Shown here piece by piece: positions 1 to 11,253 of a DNA stretch of 64,000 bases; position 1 is the stretch's first letter, and each line of letters starts with the position of its first letter. Location: positions 56,608,001-56,672,000 of the forward strand of contig CM059432.1 in assembly GCA_030390025.1 (NCBI GenBank), given 5' to 3'. A program made the position numbers and the translations under genes. The stretch comes from Squalus acanthias. Lineage: Eukaryota. The notes under the pieces are model-generated. The model searched no databases and was not told where the DNA came from. It saw nothing but the letters and a program-made list of their open reading frames with translations.

Positions 1-1047
1 TAAAAAGTCCTACAAGAGAGGGGCGGTACTGGACCTAATTCTAGGGAATGTAGCCGGGCAAGTGGTAGAAGTGTCAGTAGGAGAGCATTTTGGTGACAGT
101 GACCATAATTCGGTGAGATTTAAGGTAGTCATGGAAAAGGACAAAGATGGACCGGAAATAAAGGATCTAAATTGGGGGAAGGCCGATTTTAATATGATAA
201 GGCAGGATCTGGCCAAAATGGACTGGGATCAGCTACTTGTGGGAAAATCCACATCAGAGCAGTGGGAGTCTTTCAAAAAGGAAATAGAGAGAGTACAACG
301 CCAACATGTTCCCGTAAAGGTCAAGGGTGGGACCAACAAGCCCAGGGAACCCTGGATGTCAAGGGATATACAAGAATGGATTAGGAAAAAAAGGGAGGCT
401 TTTGGCAGATACAAAGGACTAAAAACAGTGGAAGCCCCAGAGGAGTATAGAAAGTGCAGGGAGGGGTACTTAAAAAAGAAATTAGGAGAGCAAAGAGGGG
501 GCATGAAAAAACACTGGCGAGCAAAATAAAGGAAAATCCCAAGGTGTTTTATAAGTATATTAAGGGCAAGAGGATAACCAGGGAAAGAGTGGGCCGATTA
601 GGGACCAAAGCGGCAATCTGTGTGTAGAGCCGGAAGATGTAGGTGAGGTTTTAAATGAATATTTTGCATCTGTGTTCACTATGGAGAAGGGTGATGTAGG
701 CATAGAAATCGAGCAGGGGGATTGTGATATACTTGAACAAATTATTATTGAGAGGGAGGAGGTACTAGCGGTTTTAGCGAGCTTAAAAGTGGATAAATCC
801 CCAGGCCCTGATGGGATGTATCCCAGGCTGCTGTGTGAGGCAAGGGAGGAGATTGCAGGGGCTCTGACACATTTTCAGAACCTCTCTGGCCACAGGGGAG
901 GTGCCAGAGGACTGGAGAACAGCTAACGTAGTACCATTGTTCAAGAAGGGTAGTAGGGATAAACCAGGGAATTACAGGCCAGTGAGCCTAACATCAGTGG
1001 TAGGGAAATTATTGGAAAAAATTCTGAGGGACAGAATTAGTCTCCAC
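1..1047 (+). mobile_element. CR1 LINE ORF2 fragment (end of endonuclease to start of RT), frameshifted
   Basis: GEHFGDSDHN, DKSPGPDG and [13 protein letters not shown] motifs spread over several frames. Confidence 0.93.
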
Positions 1048-1572
1048 ATTCCTCCGCTCTTTCCCCGTAGCCCTGCAAGTTTATTTCCCTCACGTGCCTA
1101 TCCAGTCTTCCCTTGAAAATATTGAGTGTCTCCGTTTCCACCACTTCCGTTGGCAGCGAGGTCCAAGTCCTCACCACTCGCTGCGTAAAAAAGTTTTTCC
1201 TCACGTCTCCCCTGTATCTCTTGCCCAAAACCTTAAATCTGTGTCCCCTAGTCCTTGTACCATCAGCTAGTGAGAACAGCCTTTCCCCGTCTAGCCTATC
1301 CAAACCCGTCATAATCTTGTACACCTCTATCAAATCACTCCTCAACCTCCTTTGCTCTAATGAAAACAAATCCAGCTTCTCCAACCTGTCCTTGTAGCCA
1401 AGATCCCCCATCCCCAGAACCATTCTAGTAAATCTCCTGTGCACCTTCTCAAGGGCCTTCACATCCTTCCTAAAGTGTGGTGACCAGAACTGGACGCAAT
1501 ACTCCAGTTGTGGCCTAACCAGCGCTTTATAAAGGTTCAACATAACTTCTCTACCTTTGTACTCAATATCCC
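1039..1572 (-). mobile_element. CR1 LINE ORF2 C-terminal fragment
   Basis: LYKALVRPQLEYCVQFWSP...RTRGH...NFFTQRVV motifs. Confidence 0.92.
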
Positions 1573-1579
1573 TGGTACG

Positions 1580-2100
1580 GTTGAAGAGTAGGTTTTAGAA
1601 ATCAGAGAAGACGGTGGCAAAGCAGGGGGAACTGAGTTAAGAATGTGATCGAATACGCAGCTGTGGATGGTGAAGCAAAGGCAAGGAGAAATCTGCTGTG
1701 AAGAGCAGTAGTGGGTTTGTGCAGGGATTTAAGATTATTGCATTAGGATGAGGCCATGGTGAGATTTGAAAAATAGAATGAGAATTTTGGAATTAACAAG
1801 CTGATTCCCAGGGAGGTGGTGGAGTTTGGAGAGGTTGGGGATGATGAGGGTGTGGAACTTACCACAGGTGAGGAAATGGGCTACAGTCTTGCGGATCAGT
1901 TGAAGCCTATGGATATTTGATTTGAGAAGGCCAGCTCAGGACATTGTCGAAATAGAGCCACGAGGTGATGAAGGCGTGGGCTAGGATTATGGAGAAGAGA
2001 CTGGCAACATTAAAGAAAGCAGTTTTGCCAACAGATTGGATAAGGGGAAAGATAGAATACCAATCTGAGGGCTCAGAGAAGTGAGGCCTATGTCAGCGAA
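1580..2100 (-). mobile_element. Highly decayed L2-like LINE 3' region
   Basis: Purine-rich tract. aggccatggtgagatttgaaaaatagaatgagaatttt resembles the better-preserved L2 copies at 28.8 kb and 56.3 kb. Confidence 0.5.
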
Positions 2101-2468
2101 AGTTGTTTTAGGCACTATAAGATGGGGTCACTGATTTTATTACAGTTTGCAATTTTTTCACATGGTAGAATTTTTAATGCAGTTATACACCAATTCTTTT
2201 TTTTTAGACTAATGTTTACACTTGTCTAGCTGGTGAAGTTAAATTAAATTGTTCAGGGCCTACTTTATCGTAGTTTTTTCATTCAATAGAATGAGAAGTA
2301 TTGCAAGACTTCAAATATCAGTATTTAACCAATTATTATGCTTTATCTTTTTGACTGTTATATGCAAACAGACATCAGGTTTTGAGTAGAGTCATAACGG
2401 CACAGAAGGAGGCCATTCGGCCATCGAGTACTAGCATTTTGTTAATCCAAAATTTAGTTTCAGATAAT

Positions 2469-3298
2469 AGATTAGAGTTTCCACTATGGGTGCAATCAGT
2501 GATTCTGCCACAATTTGCGCCCGTTTTGAAAAGTGTTTTCCCCACCTCTCTCCCCCCCCCCCCCCCCCCCCCCCGAGTTTCTGCTCAGGCTGATTTGCAT
2601 ATCGCCAAACGCAAAATCTGCTGTGAACCAGTGCAATTGGACAGCGTTTTAAAATGTAACTTTTTTGGAAAAAAAATTTGCTTTAAGTTTGATTAATACA
2701 GCTGGAAATGGGTTTATCACAAGAAATAACCATTTTAAATCACAGTGCCAATCCACCACTTATGAATAACCAGATTTTAAATTACTGAAAAAGACTTCTA
2801 AAAAGAAAAAATACAAAACTATTTACTCGTTAGATTGGGGTACAGTAGTCAGTTCCTTATTAAATTAGAAAAAAATTCATTCAATACCTTTCAAAACGTA
2901 CCTATTACTGTATTTGTGTCCAACAGATCCAGCTTAATTTTTGGAATAAAAACAGAAAATGCTGGAAGTACTCGGCGGGTCAGGCAGCATCTTGTGGAGA
3001 GAGAAACAGTTAACTTTTCTGGTCAATGACCTTTCATCAGAACTTAATTTTTGGAGCCTCCTCGAAGGCCTGCAAAGAAGCGCAATCAGCGGAAACTCCC
3101 AATGGTGATTAATTCACCTTGGGGACCTGGCCTGTTTTGTGGGCGGGGCCCACTTCTAGAGCGATGTTTTTAAAGCTAGCGCAAAAGATCGCTGAAGGAA
3201 ATTTGCGCTTGAAATTCTGCGATCTTTTGCGCCGGTTATGCCGATATCGGGAAAATTGCGTTGTATAAACCAACTCAATCGAGCGAGAACTCCAGGCC
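2469..3298. mobile_element. Non-autonomous PIF/Harbinger-like element with degenerate TIRs
   Basis: AAT on both flanks. Imperfect TIR agattagagtttcc / gagaactccaggcc. CpG-rich arms with an AT-rich core. Confidence 0.55.
2946..3042 (-). mobile_element. Short Penelope-like pLTR fragment with degenerate hammerhead core
   Basis: 13-bp TSD cttaatttttgga at 2933-2945 and 3043-3055. Minus strand reads AGUU-CUGAUGA-aaGGUCAuUGACCa-GAAA-agUU-AACU. Confidence 0.75.
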
Positions 3299-3688
3299 AA
3301 TATATTCAAAAACTATTCTAGCCCGTAACAATATATTCTGATTTTGGCCTTTGCACAAATCTTCGCTTGATAAAACAATATTACTGTTGACTCCTTTGCC
3401 TCCTTGTTCTCTTCAGCAGCAACTCTCTCTTTCAGTACAATATAAAGGAACAGGTTAAGAAACGAGTAACAAATGCAAAAACTTTTTATGTGTATAAATT
3501 TCTGTTTTTTCCAATAGCAGTGCAGTATGTGACTGCACTCCTCCATGAATGTTTGTTTAAATGTTGCATATTAAAAAGCAAATTTAGTTGAAAAAGTAAA
3601 ATGTTTAATAATTTATAGCAAAGCAAGCAACTTGAACATTTGAGTTGTACATAAACATGGTATAAAATTCTCCAACCAAACTGTGAAT

Positions 3689-4395
3689 GGGCTATAAATT
3701 GGGCACCTTAGCGCCTCCCGTTATCGCCTCTGGGGGGGGGGCGATATCGGGGCGCTAAGCACTTACCAACCGGGCGCTGTGAGAAGATCGACTCCGGCTA
3801 TATTCGGCGGGAGGTTTGCGGCGGCGGTATGGCATTTCGCCCCGATCTCCTTCGCCTGGAGATCGTGACGTCATCACCGTGCGTCGAGCCCCGGACTCGC
3901 CCCCTGCAGCATCGGTGGGCCAAAACACCGGCAGCTGCAGGAGGCGTTCATCGGTAGGTCGGGCGCTTCAGGGGCGATACTTAAAGGCGAGGTGGCCGAG
4001 GTAAGTGGAAAAAATTCTCATGCTCTTTCTGTTTTTTTTTCATTTTCCTTCTCCAGCAATCGATCAGCCCGGCGCTCTGCTGCAGTGCATCGGGCTGATT
4101 GGGCCCGATCACGGCTGCCGTCGGGGACCAGGTAAGTTTTTTTCCTTGCAGAGCCTGCAGCGATGGCCCTTCCCTTTAAGGGAGGGAAGGAGCCTTCCAG
4201 CGTGACAGCGCTGCATGGCCCATTGTGCAGCACTGCACAGCTACAGCCCCACCTGCGCTTAATTTAGCGCTCCACTTCCTTCCTGGAGCACAAAACCGAA
4301 TTTTTAAAAAGTTGAACAACATTAGCGCCAGGCACTAATTTTTTCAACTTTTAAAAGTTAACGCCCCAAACGGGGCGATAATGAATTTCTCCCCC
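3689..4395. mobile_element. Harbinger-like MITE, family A
   Basis: Ends gggctataaatt / aatttctccccc. Repeated agcgcc/ggcgct motifs. Colinear with 36649-37323. Confidence 0.8.
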
Positions 4396-4574
4396 AGTGT
4401 CTTACGTGAACTCTATTCAGCAAACATTATTATTCAGAGAATAATGTGGATATGCTTGGAGTTTGTGAAATTGCTGTATCATAAATCAATTGTAGATGAG
4501 AAAATAAGAGGTGACATCTACGTTAATGTCTTAAATCTTAATTGAGTGAGATCTAGACATGCATAAAATGCTCA

Positions 4575-4770
4575 GCAACAACAACAGCTTATATAATGCC
4601 TTTAACGTTATGAGTGCTATCAAACAGAATTTGACACTGAGCCACAAAAGGAGGTATTAGAACAGGTGACCAAAAACTTGGTTAAAGGGGTTGGTTTTAA
4701 AGAGCATCTTTAAGGAACAGAGAAGGGTAGAAAGGCGGAGAGGTTTAGGGATGAAATTGCAAAGCTGACG
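4575..4770 (-). mobile_element. L2 LINE 3' end
   Basis: (caa)n tail and similarity to 28449-28872 and 55950-56420. Confidence 0.75.
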
Positions 4771-5854
4771 TGCACATGTATTCGTCCAATAACGGTTATT
4801 GGACAAAGATTAGGAGCAGGGGTTCTGACCATCTTTTCCAAGGCCAGGGATAAAGAGGCTCGTTAAAGTGCTTCAATCACCCTGGGTGAGATGCATTAAT
4901 TCCATTCAAACCAGGGACCAAACCAGTGACCTTTCTGGTTTGTATAGCTTATTTCCATGCCATATGTTTCACTTACCCATTGAATTGTTGGGGTGCACTG
5001 TATTTGTCATATGGTGGATTGAAGGAATCAACATGCTGTTCCCCACATAAGTACTGTTTACCGTGTAAAATCCTATTTGTTCAACAGGATAAAAGTTTAT
5101 CCAATGATATTACATTAGCAATGGTTAAATAAAAAATGACCTTAAGGATAATGTAAGTTTTAGAGTTACAAGGGTGTCTCATCACAAATAATTATCATAA
5201 ATTCACAATTATCTGATTTTAAAAATGTGACACAAAAAATATGAAGTGTAACTTCAAGCTTTATCTTATGATTTGTACGAATAGGAATAGATGTAAATTT
5301 AGACTTGAAGTTTAGCTTTGTGTATTTTCTAAATATCATTAAGTATACCATTGGTTGAATGAGTTCTAAATACCTGTATTGTAAATTAAATTTTATTGTT
5401 TTATTCACTGAGAAAATATTTTATTCTTATGCAATTTAAAATCTTTGACATTTTGGCATTTAGAGTCTCTGCCCTTATTTCTTTTCAACTAAGTAATGCA
5501 AGTTAAGTCTATTTACAGATTTAGATAAGTGTAGATTTTAGCAGCTGACCTTAAGAGCAGTCACTGAAATATATTTTGTTAATAGAACTCCGCTTCCAAA
5601 ATCCTTTCTACACGGTTGCTGAGGCTTTCACAGCCCCGGTTCATTTAAGTGTGAACATATTTACAGATCATTATTGATGCCTGTTCTATTTGCATATTAT
5701 TATGGAAGGTCTGCTCCATTTGATCATATTCTGCAGTATGTCTCCTGAAGATTCACATATATGCAGGGAGTGCAGTTTTGATTTTGGTGTAAGGGAAGCA
5801 TAGAGCGCTCGTATAAATGCTGTAGCAATTTGGCAATTTCAGCTTGGTTCATGG

Positions 5855-5933
5855 AAAAAAGAAAGACTTGCATTTATATAGCGCCTTTAACGACCACCGG
5901 ATGTCTCAAAACGCTTTACAGCCAATGAAGTAC
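5855..5933 (-). mobile_element. Deu-SINE 3' tail fragment
   Basis: Reverse complement of the tail at 25080-25153. Confidence 0.75.
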
Positions 5934-5974
5934 CATATTGGCACCAGATTTTCAGAAATGTTAAAATAATGTGG

Positions 5975-6475
5975 TAAAAGTCCTTGGAGAGGGTGCAGAG
6001 GAGATTTAAGCGAATGATACCAGGGATGAGAGATTTCAGGTATGTGGAGAGACGAGAGAAGCTTTGATTACTCTCCTTTAGAGCAGAGAAGGTTAAGGGG
6101 AGATTTAACAGAGGTGTTCAAAAAATGTAATAGAGGGGTTTTGATAGAGTAAATAAGGAAAAACTGTTTCCACTGGTTGTTGGATCAGTAATCCGAGCAC
6201 ACAGATTTAAGATAATTGGCAAAAGAACCAGAGGGGAGATGAGAATTTCTTTTTATGCAGCGAGTTGCTAAAATCTGGAATGCACTGCCAGAAAGGGCAG
6301 CAGATTCAATAGTAAAATTAAATAGGGATTTGGACATATACTTTTCAAAAGAAAAAAATGTGCAGGGCTGTGGGGGAATAGGGCTAATTGGATAACTCTT
6401 TCAAAGAGCCAGCACAAGCACGATGGATCGAATGGCCTCCTCCTGTACTGTATGAGTCTAAAAGATTATATGATT
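5975..6475 (+). mobile_element. CR1 LINE 3' fragment
   Basis: Decayed LERVQRRF...LEQRRLRGDL coding remnants and a CR1 3'UTR (gaatggcctcctcctgtactgtatga). Confidence 0.85.
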
Positions 6476-6957
6476 CAAAATGATTGTGGTGGTGCAAAAC
6501 ATTGCTTATCTGACATGCTGTGCTGTGGAAAGGGGAATCAACAAGGATATGCTTGTAACTTCTCCAAAAGTTGGTAATAAAAATTAGAGGACAAGGTATT
6601 TCCTGAACTGAAACTTTGAAAGAGGTCTGTATATGTATAGTTTAGATTTTTTTAAAACACAAGCTGAGTATCCTAACGTGGCCAACATTTATTACCCCAT
6701 CCCAAGTTGCCCTTGAGAATTTGATGGTGGGCTGCCTTCTTGAACTACTGCAGTCTGTATGGTGAAGGTGCTCCTACAATGCTGTTAGGTAGGGAGTTTT
6801 GGAAATTTGACCCACCAACAATCCAGGAACGGCAATATATATTTCCAAGTCAGGATGGTGTGTGACTTGGAGGTGATGGTGTTCCAATGCACCTACTGCC
6901 CTTGTCCTTCTAGGTGATGGAGGGCATGGGTTTGGGAGGTGCTGCTGAAGAAATTTG

Positions 6958-9050
6958 TTTATGGGATGTGGGTGTCGCTGGCAAGGCCAGCATTTATTGC
7001 CCATCCCTAATTGCCCTTGAGAAGGTGGTGGTGAGCCGCCTTCTTGAACTGCTGCAGTCTGTGTGGTGAAGGTACTCCCACAGTGCTGTTAGGTAGGGAG
7101 TTCTGGGATTTTGACCCAGTGACGATGAAGGATCGGCGATATACTTCGAAGTCAGGATGGTGTGTGACTTGGAGGGGAACTTGGAGGTGGTGGTGTTCCC
7201 ATGCGCCTGCTGCCCTTGTCCTTCTAGGTGGAAGAGGTCACGGGTTTGGGACGTGCTGCCGAAGAAGCCTTGGCGAGTTGCTGCAGTGCATCCTGTAGAT
7301 GGTACGCTGGTGGTGGAGGGAGTGAATGTTTAAGGTGGTGGATGGGGTGCCAATCAAGTGGGCTGCTTTGTCCTGTATGGTGTCGAGCTTCTTGAGTGTT
7401 GTTGGAGCTGCACTCATCCAGGCAAGTGGAGAGTATTCCATCACACTCCTTACTTGTGCCTTGTAGATGGTAGAAAGACTTTGGGGAGTCAGGAGGTGAG
7501 ACACTCGCCGCAGAATTCCTAGCCTCTGACCTGGTCTTGTTGCCACAGTATTTATGTGGCTGGTCCAGTTAAGTTTCTGGTTAATGCTGACCCCAGGATG
7601 TTGATGGTGGGGGATTTGGCGATGGTAATGCCATTGAATGTCAAGGGGCGGTGGTTAGACTCTCGCTTGTTGGAGATAGTCATTGCCTGGCACTTCTGTG
7701 GCACGAATGTTACCTGCCACTTATCAGCCCAAGCCTGAACTTCGTCCAGGTCTTGATGCATGCGGGCATGGACTGCTTCATTATCTGAGGAGTTGCGAAT
7801 GGCACTGAACACTGTACAGTCATCAGCGAACATCCCCATTTCTGACCTTATGTTGGTGGGAAGGTCATTGATGAAGCAGCTGAAGATGGTTGGGCCTAGG
7901 ACACTGCCCTGAGGAACTCCTGCAGCGATATCCTGGGGCTGTGATGATTGACCTTCAATCACCACAACCATCTTCCTTTGTGCTAGGTATGACTCCAGCC
8001 AGTGGAGCGTTTTCCCCCCCGATTCCCATTGACTTTAGTTTTACTAGGGCTCCTTCATGCTACACTCGGTCAAATGCTGCCTTGATATCAAGGGCAGTGA
8101 CTCTCAGCTCCTTTGTCCATGTTTGGACCAAGTCTGTAATCAGGTCGGGAGCCGAGTGGTCTTGGCGGAACCCAAACTGGGCATCAGTGAGCAGGTTATT
8201 GGTATGTAAGTGCCGCTTGACAGCACTGTCGATGACACCTTCCATCACTTTGCTAATCATAGAGAGTAGACTGGGGCGGTAATTGGCCGGATTGGATTTG
8301 TCCTGCTTTTTGTGGACTGGACATACCTGGGCTGTTTTCCGCATTGTCAGATAGATGCCAGTGTTGTAGCTGTACTGGAACAGCTTGGCTAGAGGCGCGG
8401 CTAGTTCCGGAGATCAAGTCTTCAGCACGATAGCCGGGATGTTGTCAGGGCCCATAGCCTTTGCTGTATCCAGTGCGCTTAGCCATTTCTTGATATCACG
8501 TGGAGTGAATCGAATTGTCTGAAGACTGGCTTCTGTGATGGTGGGCACCTCGGGAGGAGGCCGATATGGATCATCCACTCGGCACTTCTGGCTGAAGATG
8601 GTTGCAAGCACTTCAGCCTTATCTTTTGTACTCACGTGCTGGGCTCCACCATCATTGAGGATGGGGATATTCATGGAGCCTCCTCCTCCCGTTAGTTGTT
8701 TAATGATCCAACACCATTCACGACTAGATGTGGCAGGACTGCAGAGCTTTGATCTGATCCGTTGATTGTGCGATCGCTCAGCCTTGTCGATAGCATGCTG
8801 CTTCCACTTCTTAGCATGCATGTAGTCCTGTGTTGCAGCTTCCTCAGGTTGGCACCTCATTTTTAGGTATGCCTGATGCTGCTCCTGGCATGCTCTTCTA
8901 CACTCTTTATTGAACCAAGATTCCATAAGATTGGTCCCCTGGCTTGATGGAAATGGTAGAGTGAGGGATATGCTGGGCCATGAGGTTACAGATTGTGGTG
9001 GAATACAATTCTGCTGCTGCTGATGGCCCACAGCGCCTCATGGATGCCCA
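6958..9050 (-). mobile_element. CR1/L2-group LINE of a second family, 5'-truncated and frameshifted
   Basis: [38 protein letters not shown] and IYKAQVRSVMEYS motifs. 3' end gggcaataaatgctggccttgccagcgac. Confidence 0.88.
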
Positions 9051-9245
9051 GATAGTACACACTGCAGCCACGGTACACCAATGGTGGAGGGAGTGGATGT
9101 TTAAGGTAGTGGATGGGGTGCCTGTCAAGTGGACTGCTTTGTCCTGGATAATTTCGAGCTTCTTGAGTGTTGTTGAAGCTGCACCCATCCAGGCACGTAG
9201 AGAGTTTTCCATCACACTCCTGACTTGTGCCTTATAGGTGGTAGA

Positions 9246-11253
9246 ATAAGATCCAAGGAGAGGACATATAAATTGGCCAGAAAAAGCAGCAAACCTGAGG
9301 ATTGGGAGCAGTTTAGGATTCAGCAAAGGAGGACAAAGGGTTTAATTAAGAGGGGGAAAATAGAGTATGAGAGTAAGCTTTCAGGGAACATAAAAACTGA
9401 CTGTGAAAGCTTCTATAGATATGTGAAGAGAAAAAGATTTGTGAAGTCAAGTGTAGGTCCCTTGCAGTCCGAATCAGGGGAATTTATAATGGGGAACAAA
9501 GAAATGGCAGACCAATTAAATACATACTTTGGTTCTGTCTTCACAAAGGAGGACACAAATAACCTCCCAGAGATGTCGGGGAACATAGGGTCTAATAAGA
9601 GGGAGGAACTGAAAGAAATCAGTATTTGTAGGGAAATGGTGTTCAGGAAATTGACGGGATTGAAGGCCGATAAATCCCCAGGGCCTGATATTCTACATTC
9701 TAGGGTACTTAAGGAAGTGGCCCTAGAAATAGTAGATGCATTACTGGTCATCTTCCAAAATTCCATAGACTCTGGAACAGTTCCCATGGATTGGAGGGTA
9801 GCTAATGTTACCCCACTATTCAAAAAAAGGTGGTAGAGAGAAAGCGGGGAATTATAGACCGGTAAGCCTGACATCGGTAGTGGGGAAAATGCTAGAGTCC
9901 ATTATAAAAGATGTAATAGCAAAGCACTTGGAAAACAGTGACAGGATCGGTCAAAGTCAACATGGATTTACAAAAGGTAAATCGTGCTTGACTAATCTAC
10001 TGGAATTTTTTGAGGATGTAACTGGTAAAATAGATAAGGGAGATCCAGTGGATGTGGTGTATTTGGACTTTCAGAAGGCTTTCAATAAAGTCCCGCATAA
10101 GAGATTAGCGTGTAAAGTTAAGGCACATGGGATTGGGGGCAGGGTACTGACTTGGATAGAGAACTGGTTGGCAGACGGGAAGCAAAGAGTTGGAATAAAC
10201 GGGTCTTTTTCCGAGTGGCAGGCAGTGACTAGTGGGGTGCCGCAGGGATCGGTCCTAGGACCCCAGCTATTCACAATGTATATTAATGATCTAGATGAGG
10301 GAACTAGATGTAATATCTCCAAGTTTGCAGACGACACAAAGCTGGGTGGGCGTGTGTGCTGTGAGGAGGATGCCGAAAAACTCCAGTATGATTTGGATAG
10401 GTTGGGTGATTGAGCAGATGCATGGCAAATGCAGTACAATGTGGATAAATGCGAGGTTATCCACTTTGGTGGCAAAAACAGGAAGGCAGATTATTATCTG
10501 AACGGCAATAGATTGGGAGAAGGGGAAGTGCAACGAGACCTGGGTGTCCTTGTGCACCAGTCGCTGAAGGTAAGCATGCAGGTGCAGCAGGCGGTTAAGA
10601 AGGCAAATGGTATGTTAGCCTTCGTAGCGAGAGGGTTCGAGTACAGGAACAAGGATGTCTTGCTGCAGTTGTACAGAGCCTTGGTGAGACCACACCTTGA
10701 GTATTGTGTGCAGTTTTGGTCGCCTTATCTGAGGAAGGATGTTCTTGCCATGGAGGGAGTGCAGCGAAGATTCGCCAGACTGATACCTGGGATGGCAGGA
10801 ATGACGTATGAGGAGAGATTGGGTCAATTAGGCTTATACTTGCTGGAGTTTAGAAGAATGAGAGGGGATCTCATTGAAACTTATAAAATTCTAACAGGAC
10901 TAGACAAACTAGACGCAGGAAGGATGTTCCCGATGGCCGGGGAGTCCAGAACCAGGGGTCACAGTCTAAGGATAAGGGGTAATCCATTTAGGACAGAGAT
11001 GAGGAGGAATTTCTTCACCCAGAGTGTGGTGAACCTGTGGAATTCTCTACCACAGAAGGCAGTTGAGGCCAACTCATTAAATATATTCAAGAAGGAGTTA
11101 GATATATTTCTTAAGACTAAAGGGATCAAGGGATATGGGGAGAAGGCAGGGACAGGGTACTGAATTTGGATGATCAGCCATGATCTCATTGAATGGCGGA
11201 GCAGGCTCGAGGGGCCGAATGGCCTACTGCTGCTCCTATCTTCTATGATTCTA
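9246..11253 (+). mobile_element. Young 5'-truncated CR1 LINE (RT plus 3'UTR)
   Basis: RT motifs [20 protein letters not shown] and KFADD with one frameshift and one stop. (ttctatg)-type tail. TSD tggtaga at 9239-9245 and 11254-11260. Confidence 0.95.
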
